Assembly (NCBI GenBank): GCA_963422735.1
Contig: OY730476.1
Span: forward strand, 3,808,001 to 3,872,000
From: Candidatus Latescibacterota bacterium
GTDB taxonomy: Bacteria > Latescibacterota > UBA2968 > UBA8231
DNA length: 64,000 bases
Reading direction: 5' to 3'
Each line of letters begins with the position of its first letter. The stretch's first letter is position 1. The notes under the pieces are model-generated. The model saw nothing but the letters and a program-made list of their open reading frames with translations, was not told where the DNA came from and did no database searches. Below are positions 1-9,880 of the stretch, one piece after another. Made by a program: the position numbers and the translations under genes.

Positions 1-763
1 TGCGGCGGTCTTCGGGATTATCCGCCTCGTTCAACTGATAGGTCAGGCGGATGATCTGCCCAGCCTCGTTTTCGTGGCGGATGCTGTTATCCGCACCGTC
101 CAACGACGCGTAATCCCAGAGGGGAAGGCTGTACTCGTAGTTGACCGTGACGTTGGTCGAACCCGTGGTCGCTCCCGGAGGATTGGTCGTCACTCTGGAC
201 TCGGCGAACTCGTCCATCCAGTGGATTTCCTCGACCACCTGCCAGCGCAACCACCACGATCCGTCGCCGCCATAGGGCGTTTCATACACGCCGGGAACAG
301 GCAGGTGCATGGTAAACTGCTGCCCCTCGGCACGCGTACCCGACTCGCCGTCGCCGTCGTGCGGACCGCCGCTGGCGTTGGCGTCGGTGATGATCTCGAG
401 ATCATCGTCGCGCCAGCCGTCGTCAAAGACGTCCGAGGTGGCGACTAGAGTATCGTCAGTGGCGCGTACAAATCCGTAGAGCTTGTTGTCTCGGTCCGTG
501 CCTGTCCACGCCGTCATAATGGCCACGTCGAGGTCGCTCTTGTCCAGCTCTTCGGCCTTCTGGATTTCGTACATCTCGTCGGGACCAACGGTGAAATTGG
601 CGTCGAACCACGCCCAGTCGCTATCGTCGCCATCAATGGTGATGGTGACATCAGCAGGCACCTCTAAGGCAAAGTAGCCAATGCCGTTGGCATTGGACTG
701 GCCCCAGGCGAAACTCGCCAGTACCACGGACAACATCGCTGCTATGAGTGCGTTTTTGCACAT
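1..763 (-). CDS. Secreted CBM9/DOMON-like protein, truncated by the window edge; paralog of 57094..58005
   Basis: Not in the ORF track; translated by hand from ATG at 763 after AAGGAG: MCKNALIAAMLSVVLASFAWGQ (signal peptide)...TITIDGDDSDWAWFD...DNKLYGFVRATDDTL...WRDDDLEIITDA. The frame stays open to the window edge. Confidence 0.8.
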   Translation of the reverse strand, partial: MCKNALIAAMLSVVLASFAWGQSNANGIGYFALEVPADVTITIDGDDSDWAWFDANFTVGPDEMYEIQKAEELDKSDLDVAIMTAWTGTDRDNKLYGFVRATDDTLVATSDVFDDGWRDDDLEIITDANASGGPHDGDGESGTRAEGQQFTMHLPVPGVYETPYGGDGSWWLRWQVVEEIHWMDEFAESRVTTNPPGATTGSTNVTVNYEYSLPLWDYASLDGADNSIRHENEAGQIIRLTYQLNEADNPEDRR

Positions 764-914
764 ACTTTTCTCCTTATCTGCCTTATCTGATGGAATTAGA
801 GATATTGCTCTTTCTGCTCCTACAGTTGCAGTTGCGAACGCTGTATCCATTCACCTCCTTCCGCATTTAGAGTAGAGAACTCTGGGCTCGTCTAGGCGTA
901 GAAACGCAGAGCCG

Positions 915-2591
915 CTATTTTTCTAGGTTAGAAAGGGCCTGTTCATCGATAACTATCTCAATCCTATATTTATGCCTCAACTCATCTAGATAACTATTAA
1001 AATCTTCTTCAATCGCGTACCGATGGGAGTAGCGCAATTGACGCCATATTCTGGACTGCACCTTGGGTGCAGAAAAAGAGAGGGTCTTTTCCGGGCGCAT
1101 TGCCAGCACTTCGAGCACGAGATACCCCTTCATATTGCCGCTCAACTGGATGGGGAGCGGTCCCTTGATGCCGCCAGCCGGTACGCCCCGCACAGCCTGG
1201 ATCATGGTGGCCATAGCACCTTGGGCTGTCGCTGTGTCAGCCAGCGTGAAGTTAAATATGTCGAACTGACGTACGCGTCCTTTGAATGCCGGATACTCGC
1301 GCATGATCTCGGCCATATCCTCGCCGGTGCCTACGCGTTGGGCGATGGCGTACGAAGCCGTTTCCGAATCGACTAATGCACCGGCAAAAAACGTGCGCAC
1401 CGGCAGAGTGAATTCCCCTGATAGGTCCCGATATAGAGTGCGCCGCTGTTCCTCTGTGACGAAGCGCTCTTCTACTTCCGTTCGCCGCAGCACCTCGACC
1501 ATGGCCTCTTCGCGCTTATCCCGGACGAACTGAATCACGGCTTCCTCGCGATCCAACCCCCGTTGTTGGGCCAGCAGAGGCAGCAGGATTTTGTGCAGTG
1601 CTTCGTCTTGGGCAAATTCGACCACGGCGGTGCTGTCTATGGCATGGGGACGACGCTTGGGTTCGGCCTCCTCTACCAAAGCTATATACGCGTTCAGGTC
1701 AATGCTCCCTCCACTATAGCGTAGCAGGATGCGTGCGTGGTCTCCTGCCTCTAGCATGGGCACACCGCCTTCAGCCAATCGCCCCCGCTGCAGCAATACG
1801 CCCAATGCCTGTACATCTACTGAAAAACCAAAGTGCGTTTTCTGGTCGGCTAAATATTTGGACCAGCGATCTTTTTTTTGCTGCTTTTCCAGCGTTTGGC
1901 GCAGCATCTTCTTTTGGCGCTCAAAACTGATGTAGCGCTCTTCAGCGGCCTTGATCAGGTGGTAGGTTCCCTGCGAGTTGTGGTACGGTTCGGACACTTG
2001 GCCGATCTGCAGGCGAAAAAGCTCGGTGACGAACCCGCTGTGCTGTGCTTCTTCCTCTTGCCAGAAACCCGTGTCCCCACCCTTGACCGCCGATGTGCGA
2101 TCGAGGGACTGCTCGTGCGCTAGTATCGCAAAATCGGCACCTTGCCGTAGCTGCTCTTGCACGGCCCGGGCTTCTTCGAGACTGCCTACCTGAATATGAC
2201 TCGCCCGCACTTCCCGCTTTTTGTGTAATCCGCTCTGATGGAAATGCAACCGGAGTTCCTCTTCCGATATAGAAACATCTCCCGTGACTTCCCCGTACAG
2301 ACGCTCGACCAGCCTCCGGTTGCACACCTGTTGTACGCTTGCGACCACGTCGGGGTGCTGATCCAAACTCTTCGCCTTGGCCTCTAAGACCAGAATCTTG
2401 CGATCGATAAAAGGCTGTAGCCTTTCCCGGGCATTACCCGCTGCAAACCGGCGCATATTGCGCTCGGCGCGGAGCAAGTCATCTACCAGAATGACCCCGC
2501 TCCCGACTCTGGCTAGCACGGCTGAATTCACAGCCCATAAATCGACAGCCATCAGCCCGACAAGCGCCGTCACGACCCAGCAGGTAGCCAT
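915..2591 (-). CDS. PpiC/parvulin-type peptidyl-prolyl isomerase (SurA/PrsA-like foldase)
   Basis: 558 aa with a signal peptide; parvulin motif VRASHIQV...GADFAILAHEQSLD...KGGDTG; a second degenerate parvulin domain near the C-terminus. Confidence 0.85.
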   Translation of the reverse strand: MATCWVVTALVGLMAVDLWAVNSAVLARVGSGVILVDDLLRAERNMRRFAAGNARERLQPFIDRKILVLEAKAKSLDQHPDVVASVQQVCNRRLVERLYGEVTGDVSISEEELRLHFHQSGLHKKREVRASHIQVGSLEEARAVQEQLRQGADFAILAHEQSLDRTSAVKGGDTGFWQEEEAQHSGFVTELFRLQIGQVSEPYHNSQGTYHLIKAAEERYISFERQKKMLRQTLEKQQKKDRWSKYLADQKTHFGFSVDVQALGVLLQRGRLAEGGVPMLEAGDHARILLRYSGGSIDLNAYIALVEEAEPKRRPHAIDSTAVVEFAQDEALHKILLPLLAQQRGLDREEAVIQFVRDKREEAMVEVLRRTEVEERFVTEEQRRTLYRDLSGEFTLPVRTFFAGALVDSETASYAIAQRVGTGEDMAEIMREYPAFKGRVRQFDIFNFTLADTATAQGAMATMIQAVRGVPAGGIKGPLPIQLSGNMKGYLVLEVLAMRPEKTLSFSAPKVQSRIWRQLRYSHRYAIEEDFNSYLDELRHKYRIEIVIDEQALSNLEK

Positions 2592-2659
2592 CTGTCCGGC
2601 GCAAACCGGCCCCTTTTTGTCGTAACCAATCCAATGCTCATAAAGCAGTTATGTTCTAT

Positions 2660-2680
2660 ATACAGCATACAGCATACAGC
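2660..2680. repeat. Heptamer tandem repeat (ATACAGC)x3
   Basis: Directly visible; intergenic. Confidence 0.8.
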
Positions 2681-2915
2681 CTGTGAATGCCCGTCTTATA
2701 CAGGGTTTTCGACATCGAAGGTGAAAAGCATGAATAGTTAAGAAAAGGCCCTGTGTCAAGCGGCTTCTTCCATGTCGAGATATCAAGCCGAGTTGTTACC
2801 TTGTTCAATATGTGCGTTAATAACAAACCCGTTCGGTCAACATTGCGTTTCCGGCTCATTTTAAAGGCCAACGGGCCTAGCATATAACTCGATATTTTTT
2901 GTCTTGTACTGTGCC

Positions 2916-4484
2916 CTAAGTGTGAGCTTGCTCTAAGGCAGCGTACTCGCCGATGATCCCATCGTACGCGGCTACGGCCTTTGGCTCCGGTTCGATGGTC
3001 GATCCGGCGACCGGCTGCGCGAATGGCTCGATAACTTCCGCCCACGAGAGTGCGTGGCCGGCTGCGGATTGATGGGCGTGAGCGGCGCGCAAGGCAGCAC
3101 CTAGAGCCGCTGAATTAGTGGTCGCGAAGCGGTGGACCGGGCAGTTGTGGACATTGGCGAAGACGCGGAGAATTTCGGCGTTGGCCGAAGCGCCGCCGGT
3201 GACGTAGAGCGAGGAAATTTCTACTCCCATCCAGCGTGCGTGGATGCGCGAGGAAAGGGCTTGGGCCTCGATGACGGCGCGGACATTGGCCGGCGCGTCC
3301 GCCGGGTTGAGTTGGGCGCGGACCACCTTGGGCTGTGGTACCTTGGGGACGATTTCCGGCGCGAAGTAAGGAAGCATGAGTGCGCCGTTGTTGCCCGGCG
3401 GCGTGGCGTGCAAGGCTTGGGTAAACTGCTGCCAGTTCATGCCGTATTGGTCTCGCACAGCCTCGCGGGCCAAGCTGCCGTTGAGATAGCACGTCAGGGC
3501 CATGTAGTGCTCGCCGTCGGGCGAGGCAAAGACTGCGCCTTCGCCGGTTTTTGAGGTGCGCGGCTGATCCATGCAGGCAAACAAGGTATCCGACGTACCT
3601 AAGCTCAGGGCTACTTGGCCCGGGGCGACGAGACCGAGGCCGATGAGGCTGCACGGATTGTCGCCCGAAAAAGGCAACACGAGGCAGTTTTCTGCAAAGC
3701 CGTAGCGACCCACGTGATAAGGGCTGATGGGGCCGACGGGCTGGCCGGAGGGGGCGATGGGCAGGAGTTTGGCGGCTAGGTCGTCGGCCGTAGCGTCGAG
3801 CGCACGTGCGCTCCATTGGTATGCGGCAATGTCCATCATGTTGGTGCCGCTGCCGTCGCCTGGGTCAACGCCGACGAGTTGTCCAGCGAGCAGGCTAGCG
3901 ACATAGGAGCTGACCAAGCCGATATACGCAGTGTCCGCGTACGCAGCGGGTTCGGTCTGGTAAAACTTGCGGATCTGCGGACCGCTGAACCGCTCAAAGG
4001 CCGCGTTGCCCGTGAGCGCGAGCAGGCTTTCGCGGCCGCCGACGCCCGCTTCGATCTCGGCGCATTGCGAGGTCGTGGAAGTGTCCATCCAGATGGGGGC
4101 GGTTGGGCGGGCGAAGATGGCGGCGAGCTGATCTTTGAGCGGCTGGCCGGGCGACAGACGCGCTAAGGCCGGGCCAGCACTGGCGTTGAGATAGACGGTG
4201 CCGTGCTGCTGCCCGCTGCCGCCGACGGCCCGCACTGCGCCGAGATCGTGGCCTTGGTCGGCGAATGTTTGCAGGAGCAGGTCCAGCGCTTCGGCCCACA
4301 TCAGGGGTGCGCTGTGGATTGCGCCCCCGCCGAGATCGAAGACGCCGTTGACGACTCCATAAGCGGCTTTGAAATGCTCGTCGAAGTTGATGGACACTTT
4401 GGCGACAATGGCGCGCTGCTCCGCATCGATGAGCAGGCCGGTGATGGATTGGGTGCTAGAGTCGATGCCCAGATACTTGCTCAT
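2916..4484 (-). CDS. xylB: Xylulokinase, FGGY family, eukaryote-like subtype
   Basis: Motifs GIDSSTQS, GSGQQHGTVY, PIWMD, ERFSGPQIRK, GDNP, SLGTSDT, VTGGAS. Confidence 0.85.
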   Translation of the reverse strand: MSKYLGIDSSTQSITGLLIDAEQRAIVAKVSINFDEHFKAAYGVVNGVFDLGGGAIHSAPLMWAEALDLLLQTFADQGHDLGAVRAVGGSGQQHGTVYLNASAGPALARLSPGQPLKDQLAAIFARPTAPIWMDTSTTSQCAEIEAGVGGRESLLALTGNAAFERFSGPQIRKFYQTEPAAYADTAYIGLVSSYVASLLAGQLVGVDPGDGSGTNMMDIAAYQWSARALDATADDLAAKLLPIAPSGQPVGPISPYHVGRYGFAENCLVLPFSGDNPCSLIGLGLVAPGQVALSLGTSDTLFACMDQPRTSKTGEGAVFASPDGEHYMALTCYLNGSLAREAVRDQYGMNWQQFTQALHATPPGNNGALMLPYFAPEIVPKVPQPKVVRAQLNPADAPANVRAVIEAQALSSRIHARWMGVEISSLYVTGGASANAEILRVFANVHNCPVHRFATTNSAALGAALRAAHAHQSAAGHALSWAEVIEPFAQPVAGSTIEPEPKAVAAYDGIIGEYAALEQAHT

Positions 4485-4562
4485 AGAAATGCTCCGACGT
4501 AGTTTTTATGAACTATTCACCACCAAAATTAACAAACAAACGCGCTGGGGAGAACAAAACCA

Positions 4563-5882
4563 ATGGAGGCAGTGGCGGCGCAGCCCGAAATCGCGGGGAC
4601 GCTGGCGATAGTGGACCCGGAAGTCGAGGCTATCATTCGCGCTGAAAACAGGCGTCAGCACAACAAAATTCGCCTGATCCCATCTGAAAATTATGCCAGT
4701 CAGGCCGTACTCGAAGCGACGGGTTCGATCTTGACCAACAAGTACTCCGAAGGGTACGCAGGTGCCCGCTATTACGAGGGCCAGCGAGAAATCGACAAGA
4801 TTGAGCGGCTCTGCGTCGAGCGCGCCAAGGAGGTTTTTGGGGCCGAGCACGTCAATGTGCAGCCCTATTCGGGCTCGCCGGCCAATCAGGCCGTGTACGT
4901 CGGCCTGTGCGCACCAAGCGATACGGTCATGGGCTTGGCGCTGGCGCACGGAGGCCATCTGACGCACGGCGATCGGGTCAGCATCTCGGGGATGCACTAC
5001 AAATCCGTGCAATACGGAGTGTGCCGGGACACCGGCCAGATCGACTTCGACCAAGTCGAAAAGCTGGCCAAAGAGCACCGACCTAAGCTGATCTTCTGCG
5101 GGGGCACGGCCTATCCGCGCATCGTTGACTTTGCTCGCTTTGCCGAGATCGGGCATTCGGTAGGTTCCATCGTGGTCGCCGACATCGCGCATATTGCCGG
5201 ATTGGTGGCCGCCGGGGTGCATCCCAGCCCTGTGCCACACGTGGATGTGGTAACTACTACTACTCACAAGTCGCTACGGGGGCCGCGCGGTGGGATGATC
5301 TTATGCCGGGCGCAGTACGCTGAGGCCCTCGATAAGGCGGTGTTCCCGGGATTGCAGGGTGGGCCGCACAACAGCACCACAGCGGCGATTGCCGTGGCGC
5401 TCAAGGAGGCGATGAGCGGAGAGTTTAAGCGGTATGCCCAGCAAATCGTCGCCAATGCCCAAGCCTTGGCTGCCGCTCTGTCGGCGCGGGGTTTTGCCCT
5501 CAGCTCGGGCGGCACCGACACCCACCTAATCCTCATGGACATGACCGATAAAGGCATTACTGGTTATGCGATGGCCAAGGCACTGGACGCGGCGGGCATC
5601 GTCTGCAATTTCAATCGCGTACCCTTTGATCCGCGGCCGGCGCGCAAGCCCAGCGGCATTCGCATCGGGACGCCTGCGATTACTAGCCGGGGCTTTGGCG
5701 CCGAGGAAATGAAGCGGTTGGCCGAGTGGATGGACCGGGTGGCCCAAGTCCGGGCCAATAAAGCACTGGCACTCGACGACCGAAAAGCGGAGTACTCCGA
5801 GGTAGCGGCAAAGGTGCGGGCACTTTGCGCTCGCTTCCCAGCACCCGGCTTACTCTACAACGGCGAGGGACGGCCACTCTAG
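4563..5882 (+). CDS. glyA: Serine hydroxymethyltransferase
   Basis: LIPSENY, NKYSEGY, NVQPYSGS, HGGHLTHG, PLP lysine in TTTHKSLRGPRGG, FPGLQGGP. Confidence 0.97.
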   Translation: MEAVAAQPEIAGTLAIVDPEVEAIIRAENRRQHNKIRLIPSENYASQAVLEATGSILTNKYSEGYAGARYYEGQREIDKIERLCVERAKEVFGAEHVNVQPYSGSPANQAVYVGLCAPSDTVMGLALAHGGHLTHGDRVSISGMHYKSVQYGVCRDTGQIDFDQVEKLAKEHRPKLIFCGGTAYPRIVDFARFAEIGHSVGSIVVADIAHIAGLVAAGVHPSPVPHVDVVTTTTHKSLRGPRGGMILCRAQYAEALDKAVFPGLQGGPHNSTTAAIAVALKEAMSGEFKRYAQQIVANAQALAAALSARGFALSSGGTDTHLILMDMTDKGITGYAMAKALDAAGIVCNFNRVPFDPRPARKPSGIRIGTPAITSRGFGAEEMKRLAEWMDRVAQVRANKALALDDRKAEYSEVAAKVRALCARFPAPGLLYNGEGRPL

Positions 5883-5892
5883 GTCTATTTAT

Positions 5893-6104
5893 CGGACTTT
5901 CCTAGAATAAGGACTGTTTAATCAGTGGTTAGTGGTTAGTGGTTAGTGGTTAGTGGTTAGTGGTCCGTACCATCCGCCCCCTTGGCGACGGGTCCCGGAA
6001 CATCGACGCGGGGGGCCGCGCTGGTCCGGACGAGGGCTACGGGCCAGCCGAGTGAAACCGCCTACATGAAACCTGAATGCCCAACCGTACACTAGGAAAT
6101 TCCG
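5893..6104. mobile_element. MITE-like insertion remnant within a CTAG-centred palindrome
   Basis: CGGACTTTCCTAG (5893-5905) and CTAGGAAATTCCG (6092-6104) are 12/13 inverted repeats. CTAG is duplicated on both sides of a 186-bp non-coding insert. Confidence 0.45.
5924..5964. repeat. Heptamer tandem repeat (AGTGGTT), about 6 copies
   Basis: Five perfect units plus AGTGGT. Confidence 0.95.
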
Positions 6105-6113
6105 TTATTTATA

Positions 6114-7313
6114 ATGAATATATATCGAGAACTAGGCGTTGAGCCGATCATCAACGCGGTGGGGCCAGCGACGCGATTGAGTGGATCAATTATGCACCCG
6201 GAGGTCGCCGAGGCCATGCGGCAGGCTTCGGAACGCTGCGTGGATATAGCGCAGATGCAGGCACGAGCCGGGGAGGTTATCGCCGAGATCACCGGCGCGG
6301 AGGCCGGGTACGTGACGAGCGGGGCGGCGGCGGGCTTGTTGCTAGGAACGGCCGCTTGTGTGACTGGATTGGATCCAGGAAAGATGAACCGCTTGCCGGA
6401 CACATCCGGGATGAAGAACGAAGTGATCATGGCGCGCAGCCACCGAAACTTCTACGACCACGCGGTGCGCTCGGTGGGGATCGAGTTGGTGGAGGTGGGG
6501 ATTGCCGACCGCTTTTCCGGGGCGGGCGTCCGCGACGCGGAAGGGTGGGAGATCGAGGCGGCGATTACCGAGCAGACGGCGGCGATCGCGTACGTGGCGT
6601 ACGCACACACGCAGCCATTGCTGGAAGAGGTGGTGGCTGCGGCGCGCAAGGGCGGTGTGCCGGTGATTGTGGATGCGGCGGGGCAGTTGCCGCCGGCGAG
6701 CAACCTGCAGCGCTTCATTGCCGCCGGGGCCGATCTAGTTGCCTTTAGCGGAGGCAAAGCCATAGGCGGGCCACAGGCTTCGGGAATTTTGTGCGGGCGG
6801 CGGGATTTAATCGCCGCGGCCGCGCTGCAACATCAGGACCTCGATGTGATGCCCGAGCTGTGGGATCCGCCGGCGAGTTTGATCGACAAGTCGCAGCTAC
6901 CCGGGGCCCCGCAGCATGGTATTGGGCGGCCCTGCAAGGTCGGCAAGGAGGAGATCGCGGGGTTGGTGAAGGCGCTGCGTCTTTTTGTGGCCGAGGACCC
7001 GGTGGCGCGGCGGCGGCGCTGGTATGCGCCGATGGAAGAACTGGTCGCCGCGTGTGGAGCGCTGCGACACGCCGAGATCGCGGTGGTAGCCGACCGCAAG
7101 CGCGCCGAGATTCCGACCGTGCGGCTGGTGCTCGACGAGGAGGCCGCCGGCATGACAGCGCTGGAACTGGTCAAGGCACTACAGGAAGGTCAGCCGCCGA
7201 TTGCCGCCAACCCGACAGATGTGTACGAAGGTGCGGTGATTTTTGGGCCGATGTGTCTCAAGGAAGGCGAGCCGGAGCAGATTGGTCGGCGGCTCAGGGA
7301 GTTGCTCGGCTAG
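6114..7313 (+). CDS. SelA/DgaE-like PLP-dependent enzyme
   Basis: N-terminal IYRELGVEPIINAVG, VTSGAAAGL, IVDAA, PLP lysine in FSGGKAIGGPQ, GIGRPCKVGKEEI. Confidence 0.85.
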   Translation: MNIYRELGVEPIINAVGPATRLSGSIMHPEVAEAMRQASERCVDIAQMQARAGEVIAEITGAEAGYVTSGAAAGLLLGTAACVTGLDPGKMNRLPDTSGMKNEVIMARSHRNFYDHAVRSVGIELVEVGIADRFSGAGVRDAEGWEIEAAITEQTAAIAYVAYAHTQPLLEEVVAAARKGGVPVIVDAAGQLPPASNLQRFIAAGADLVAFSGGKAIGGPQASGILCGRRDLIAAAALQHQDLDVMPELWDPPASLIDKSQLPGAPQHGIGRPCKVGKEEIAGLVKALRLFVAEDPVARRRRWYAPMEELVAACGALRHAEIAVVADRKRAEIPTVRLVLDEEAAGMTALELVKALQEGQPPIAANPTDVYEGAVIFGPMCLKEGEPEQIGRRLRELLG

Positions 7314-7317
7314 GCAG

Positions 7318-8292
7318 CTAAAACTGCGCCCCCCAATAGGCGGCCCCTAGCAGTGCAGTCTTGTCGTTGAGCACGACGTGGACGGGCATGGCCGCGAGGG
7401 GCACACCCATGCGGCCTTTGTCCATAAAACCCTCCATAAAGCGGCCGTCGCGCAGCTTGGCGAGGATCTTGGGCGCGATGCCGCCGCCGACAAAAACCCC
7501 CCCCGAAGACATCAGCTTGAGCGCCAAGTTCCCCGCTTCGCGGCCGTAGAGGAGCGCGAAGAGGTCGAGGGCCGTTACGGCTAGCGCGGAGTGACCTTCG
7601 AGGCCGGCGCGAGCGATGGCGTCAGCGCGGTCGGGCTGTGCTGCCTCCAAGGTCAAAGAAGCGTCAGCGCGGTCGGGCTGCCGCATGCACAGAAAGTCGT
7701 AGATCGCGGCCAAGCCTTGGCCCGATACCACCCGTTCCCAGCTAACGTGGCCGTAGCGCTCGTTGAGGAAACGCCAAAGCTCGACTTCGAGCGAGGAACT
7801 TGGCCCAAAGGTCGCGTGGCCGCCCTCAGAGGCGATTGCTGCGTAGCGGCCCTCAGCCCAGCACAAGCCCCCCTCACCCAGTCCGGTGCCGGCGGCAATG
7901 ACGGCGATGTTGCCCTTTGGGTCGCGTTGACCTTCGTTGAGCAGACACAGGTCGTCCGACTCCAACACCAGGGTGCCGTAGGAAGTCGCTTGTAGGTCGT
8001 TGAGCAGGAGAACTTCGCTGCCGTTGAGCACCGCGGAAATTTCGCTGGGGTCGATGAGCCAAGGTAGATTGACGGCGCGGACGGGAAGCTGATGGACGGG
8101 GCCGGGTACGCCTAAGACCGTGCGGCTGGGGGCTATCTGCGTCTCGTCGGCGAATGCCTTGAGCAGCGCACCGGCACTGGGGTAGGACGCAGTTTGGTAG
8201 CGCCGCTCGACGAGGGGGTCAAAGCCTTGGGCGGTTGGGTCGAAAGCGGCGAGGTACGTTTTGGTGCCGCCGACATCACCGGCGATGATCAC
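7318..8292 (-). CDS. glk: Glucokinase (Glk family)
   Basis: GDVGGTKT, LLNDLQA, AAGTGLG, SEGGH, ERVVSG, GGGIAPK. Start moved to the GTG at 8292, which follows GGAGG and overlaps the zwf stop. Confidence 0.92.
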   Translation of the reverse strand: MIIAGDVGGTKTYLAAFDPTAQGFDPLVERRYQTASYPSAGALLKAFADETQIAPSRTVLGVPGPVHQLPVRAVNLPWLIDPSEISAVLNGSEVLLLNDLQATSYGTLVLESDDLCLLNEGQRDPKGNIAVIAAGTGLGEGGLCWAEGRYAAIASEGGHATFGPSSSLEVELWRFLNERYGHVSWERVVSGQGLAAIYDFLCMRQPDRADASLTLEAAQPDRADAIARAGLEGHSALAVTALDLFALLYGREAGNLALKLMSSGGVFVGGGIAPKILAKLRDGRFMEGFMDKGRMGVPLAAMPVHVVLNDKTALLGAAYWGAQF

Positions 8293-9699
8293 AGGGGCCA
8301 AGCCTCCCCGAGTAGGTCGTTGGCTTCCTCCGGGCCGGCAGCACCGACCGGACAGGAGGGCACCTCGCCCGATGAAGGTGCTTGCCAAGCGTCGAGGATG
8401 GGCGTTAGGAATGCCCACGATTTATCGATCCAGTCGCTGTCTGAGTAGAGCGTCGCGTCGCCGAGCAGGCAGTCGAGAGTCAGAGTTTCGTAGGCTTCGG
8501 GCGTGCGTCCGCCGAACGAATCGGCGTAGCTGAAATCCATGTTGACGGTGCCCAAGTGGACATCGGGACCAGGGATCTTGCCGTTGAAGGAAAGCGAGAT
8601 GCCCTCTTCGGGCTGGATGCGGATGGTGAGGGTGCTAAGGGATAAGACGTCGGCTTGGGCGAAAATGAGGTGTGGGGGCTGGTGGAATTGCAGGGTGACC
8701 GTGCTGGTGCGCTTGGCCATGCGCTTGCCCGTGCGCACGTAGAACGGCACCCCTTGCCAGCGCCAGTTGTCCACGGTGAATTCGAGGGCGGCAAAGGTCT
8801 CGGTGCGCGAGTTTGGGGGCACATCTTCTTCCTGTAGGTAGCCCGGCGCGTTCTCGCTGGGTCCGTACTGGCCGCGGACTGCATAGCGGTCAACTTGGCC
8901 GATGCGGATGGAGCGGATTGCCTTGAGTACCTTGAGCTTTTCGAGGCGTACGCTCTCGGCGTCAAACGAGGAAGGCGGCTCCATAGCAATGACGCAGAGA
9001 ACCTGCAAGAGGTGGTTTTGGGTCATGTCGCGCAAGGCACCCGATTGGTCGTAGTAGCCGGCGCGGTGCTCCACACCGACGCGCTCGGCAGCCGTGATTT
9101 GCACGTGATCGATGTAGTGCCTGTTCCACAGCGGCTCAAAAATTGAATTGCCGAGGCGAAAGACGAGGATGTTTTGCACGGTCTCCTTGCCGAGGTAGTG
9201 GTCGATGCGATAGATCTGCTCTATGGAGCGCTTGGTTGAGTTTGCGGGTCGAGTCGTAGTCGTGGCCGAAGGGCTGCACCAGCCTTGGCGGTCTTGGTGT
9301 TGGTAGCTGAGGCCGGTGCGCCCTACCTGCTCGACGATATCGAGGTATATCTGCGGCGGCACCGAGCAGTAAAAGCAGCGATTGCCCTCGGTGCCGCATT
9401 CGCGATCGAGGGTTTCGAGCCGTGCTTTGAGCGTGGCATAGGTCGCCGCGCACGTAGTGGAACTTGGCGAGGAAGGCGTCGTGTGCACCGACGAATTCGG
9501 CCAAGGACTCCCGCATCTTTTGGCGGAAGCGGTCATCGTCCCAAGCGCGGCGGGCTACGCCCACTAGGTGAAAGGCTTGAGGCAGGCGACCCTGGTGCTG
9601 CAAGTGCCAGATGGCCGGCACCAGTTTGCACCGGGTCAAGTCGCCCGAGGCACCAAAGATGACGAGGGCACAGGGGTCGGGGATGCGTTGTTGGATCAT
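8289..9699 (-). pseudogene. zwf: Glucose-6-phosphate dehydrogenase, disrupted by several frameshifting deletions
   Basis: IFGASGDL and QPFGHD lie in one frame (9136..9786 ORF), while NRCFY, RIDHYLGKE and RWQGVPFYVRTGK lie in another (8289..9536 ORF). The EKPFG motif is broken. Confidence 0.88.
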
Positions 9700-9880
9700 A
9701 GTGTATGGTATATGGTATAATAAAAAAGGCCACAGCGTCCGCCATGGCCCCCCACACCGCCTCGTGTGAGTTTTGCAAATATACAAGCGTGGGCGAAAAT
9801 CAACAAGTCGATTGCGCCGCTCAAGGCGTTGTGCGTAGCTGCCCTGCTGTTGATATTAGCGCGGCCAATTTTAATGCGAG

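Noticed and set aside
5924-5964. Possible CRISPR or telomere-like repeat
   Set aside because: The 7-bp units have no spacers and there are no cas genes; it is a simple tandem repeat.
6114-7313. True selenocysteine synthase (selA)
   Set aside because: It is shorter than SelA, lacks the N-terminal domain and has no selB/selC nearby; it fits the SelA-like/DgaE group.
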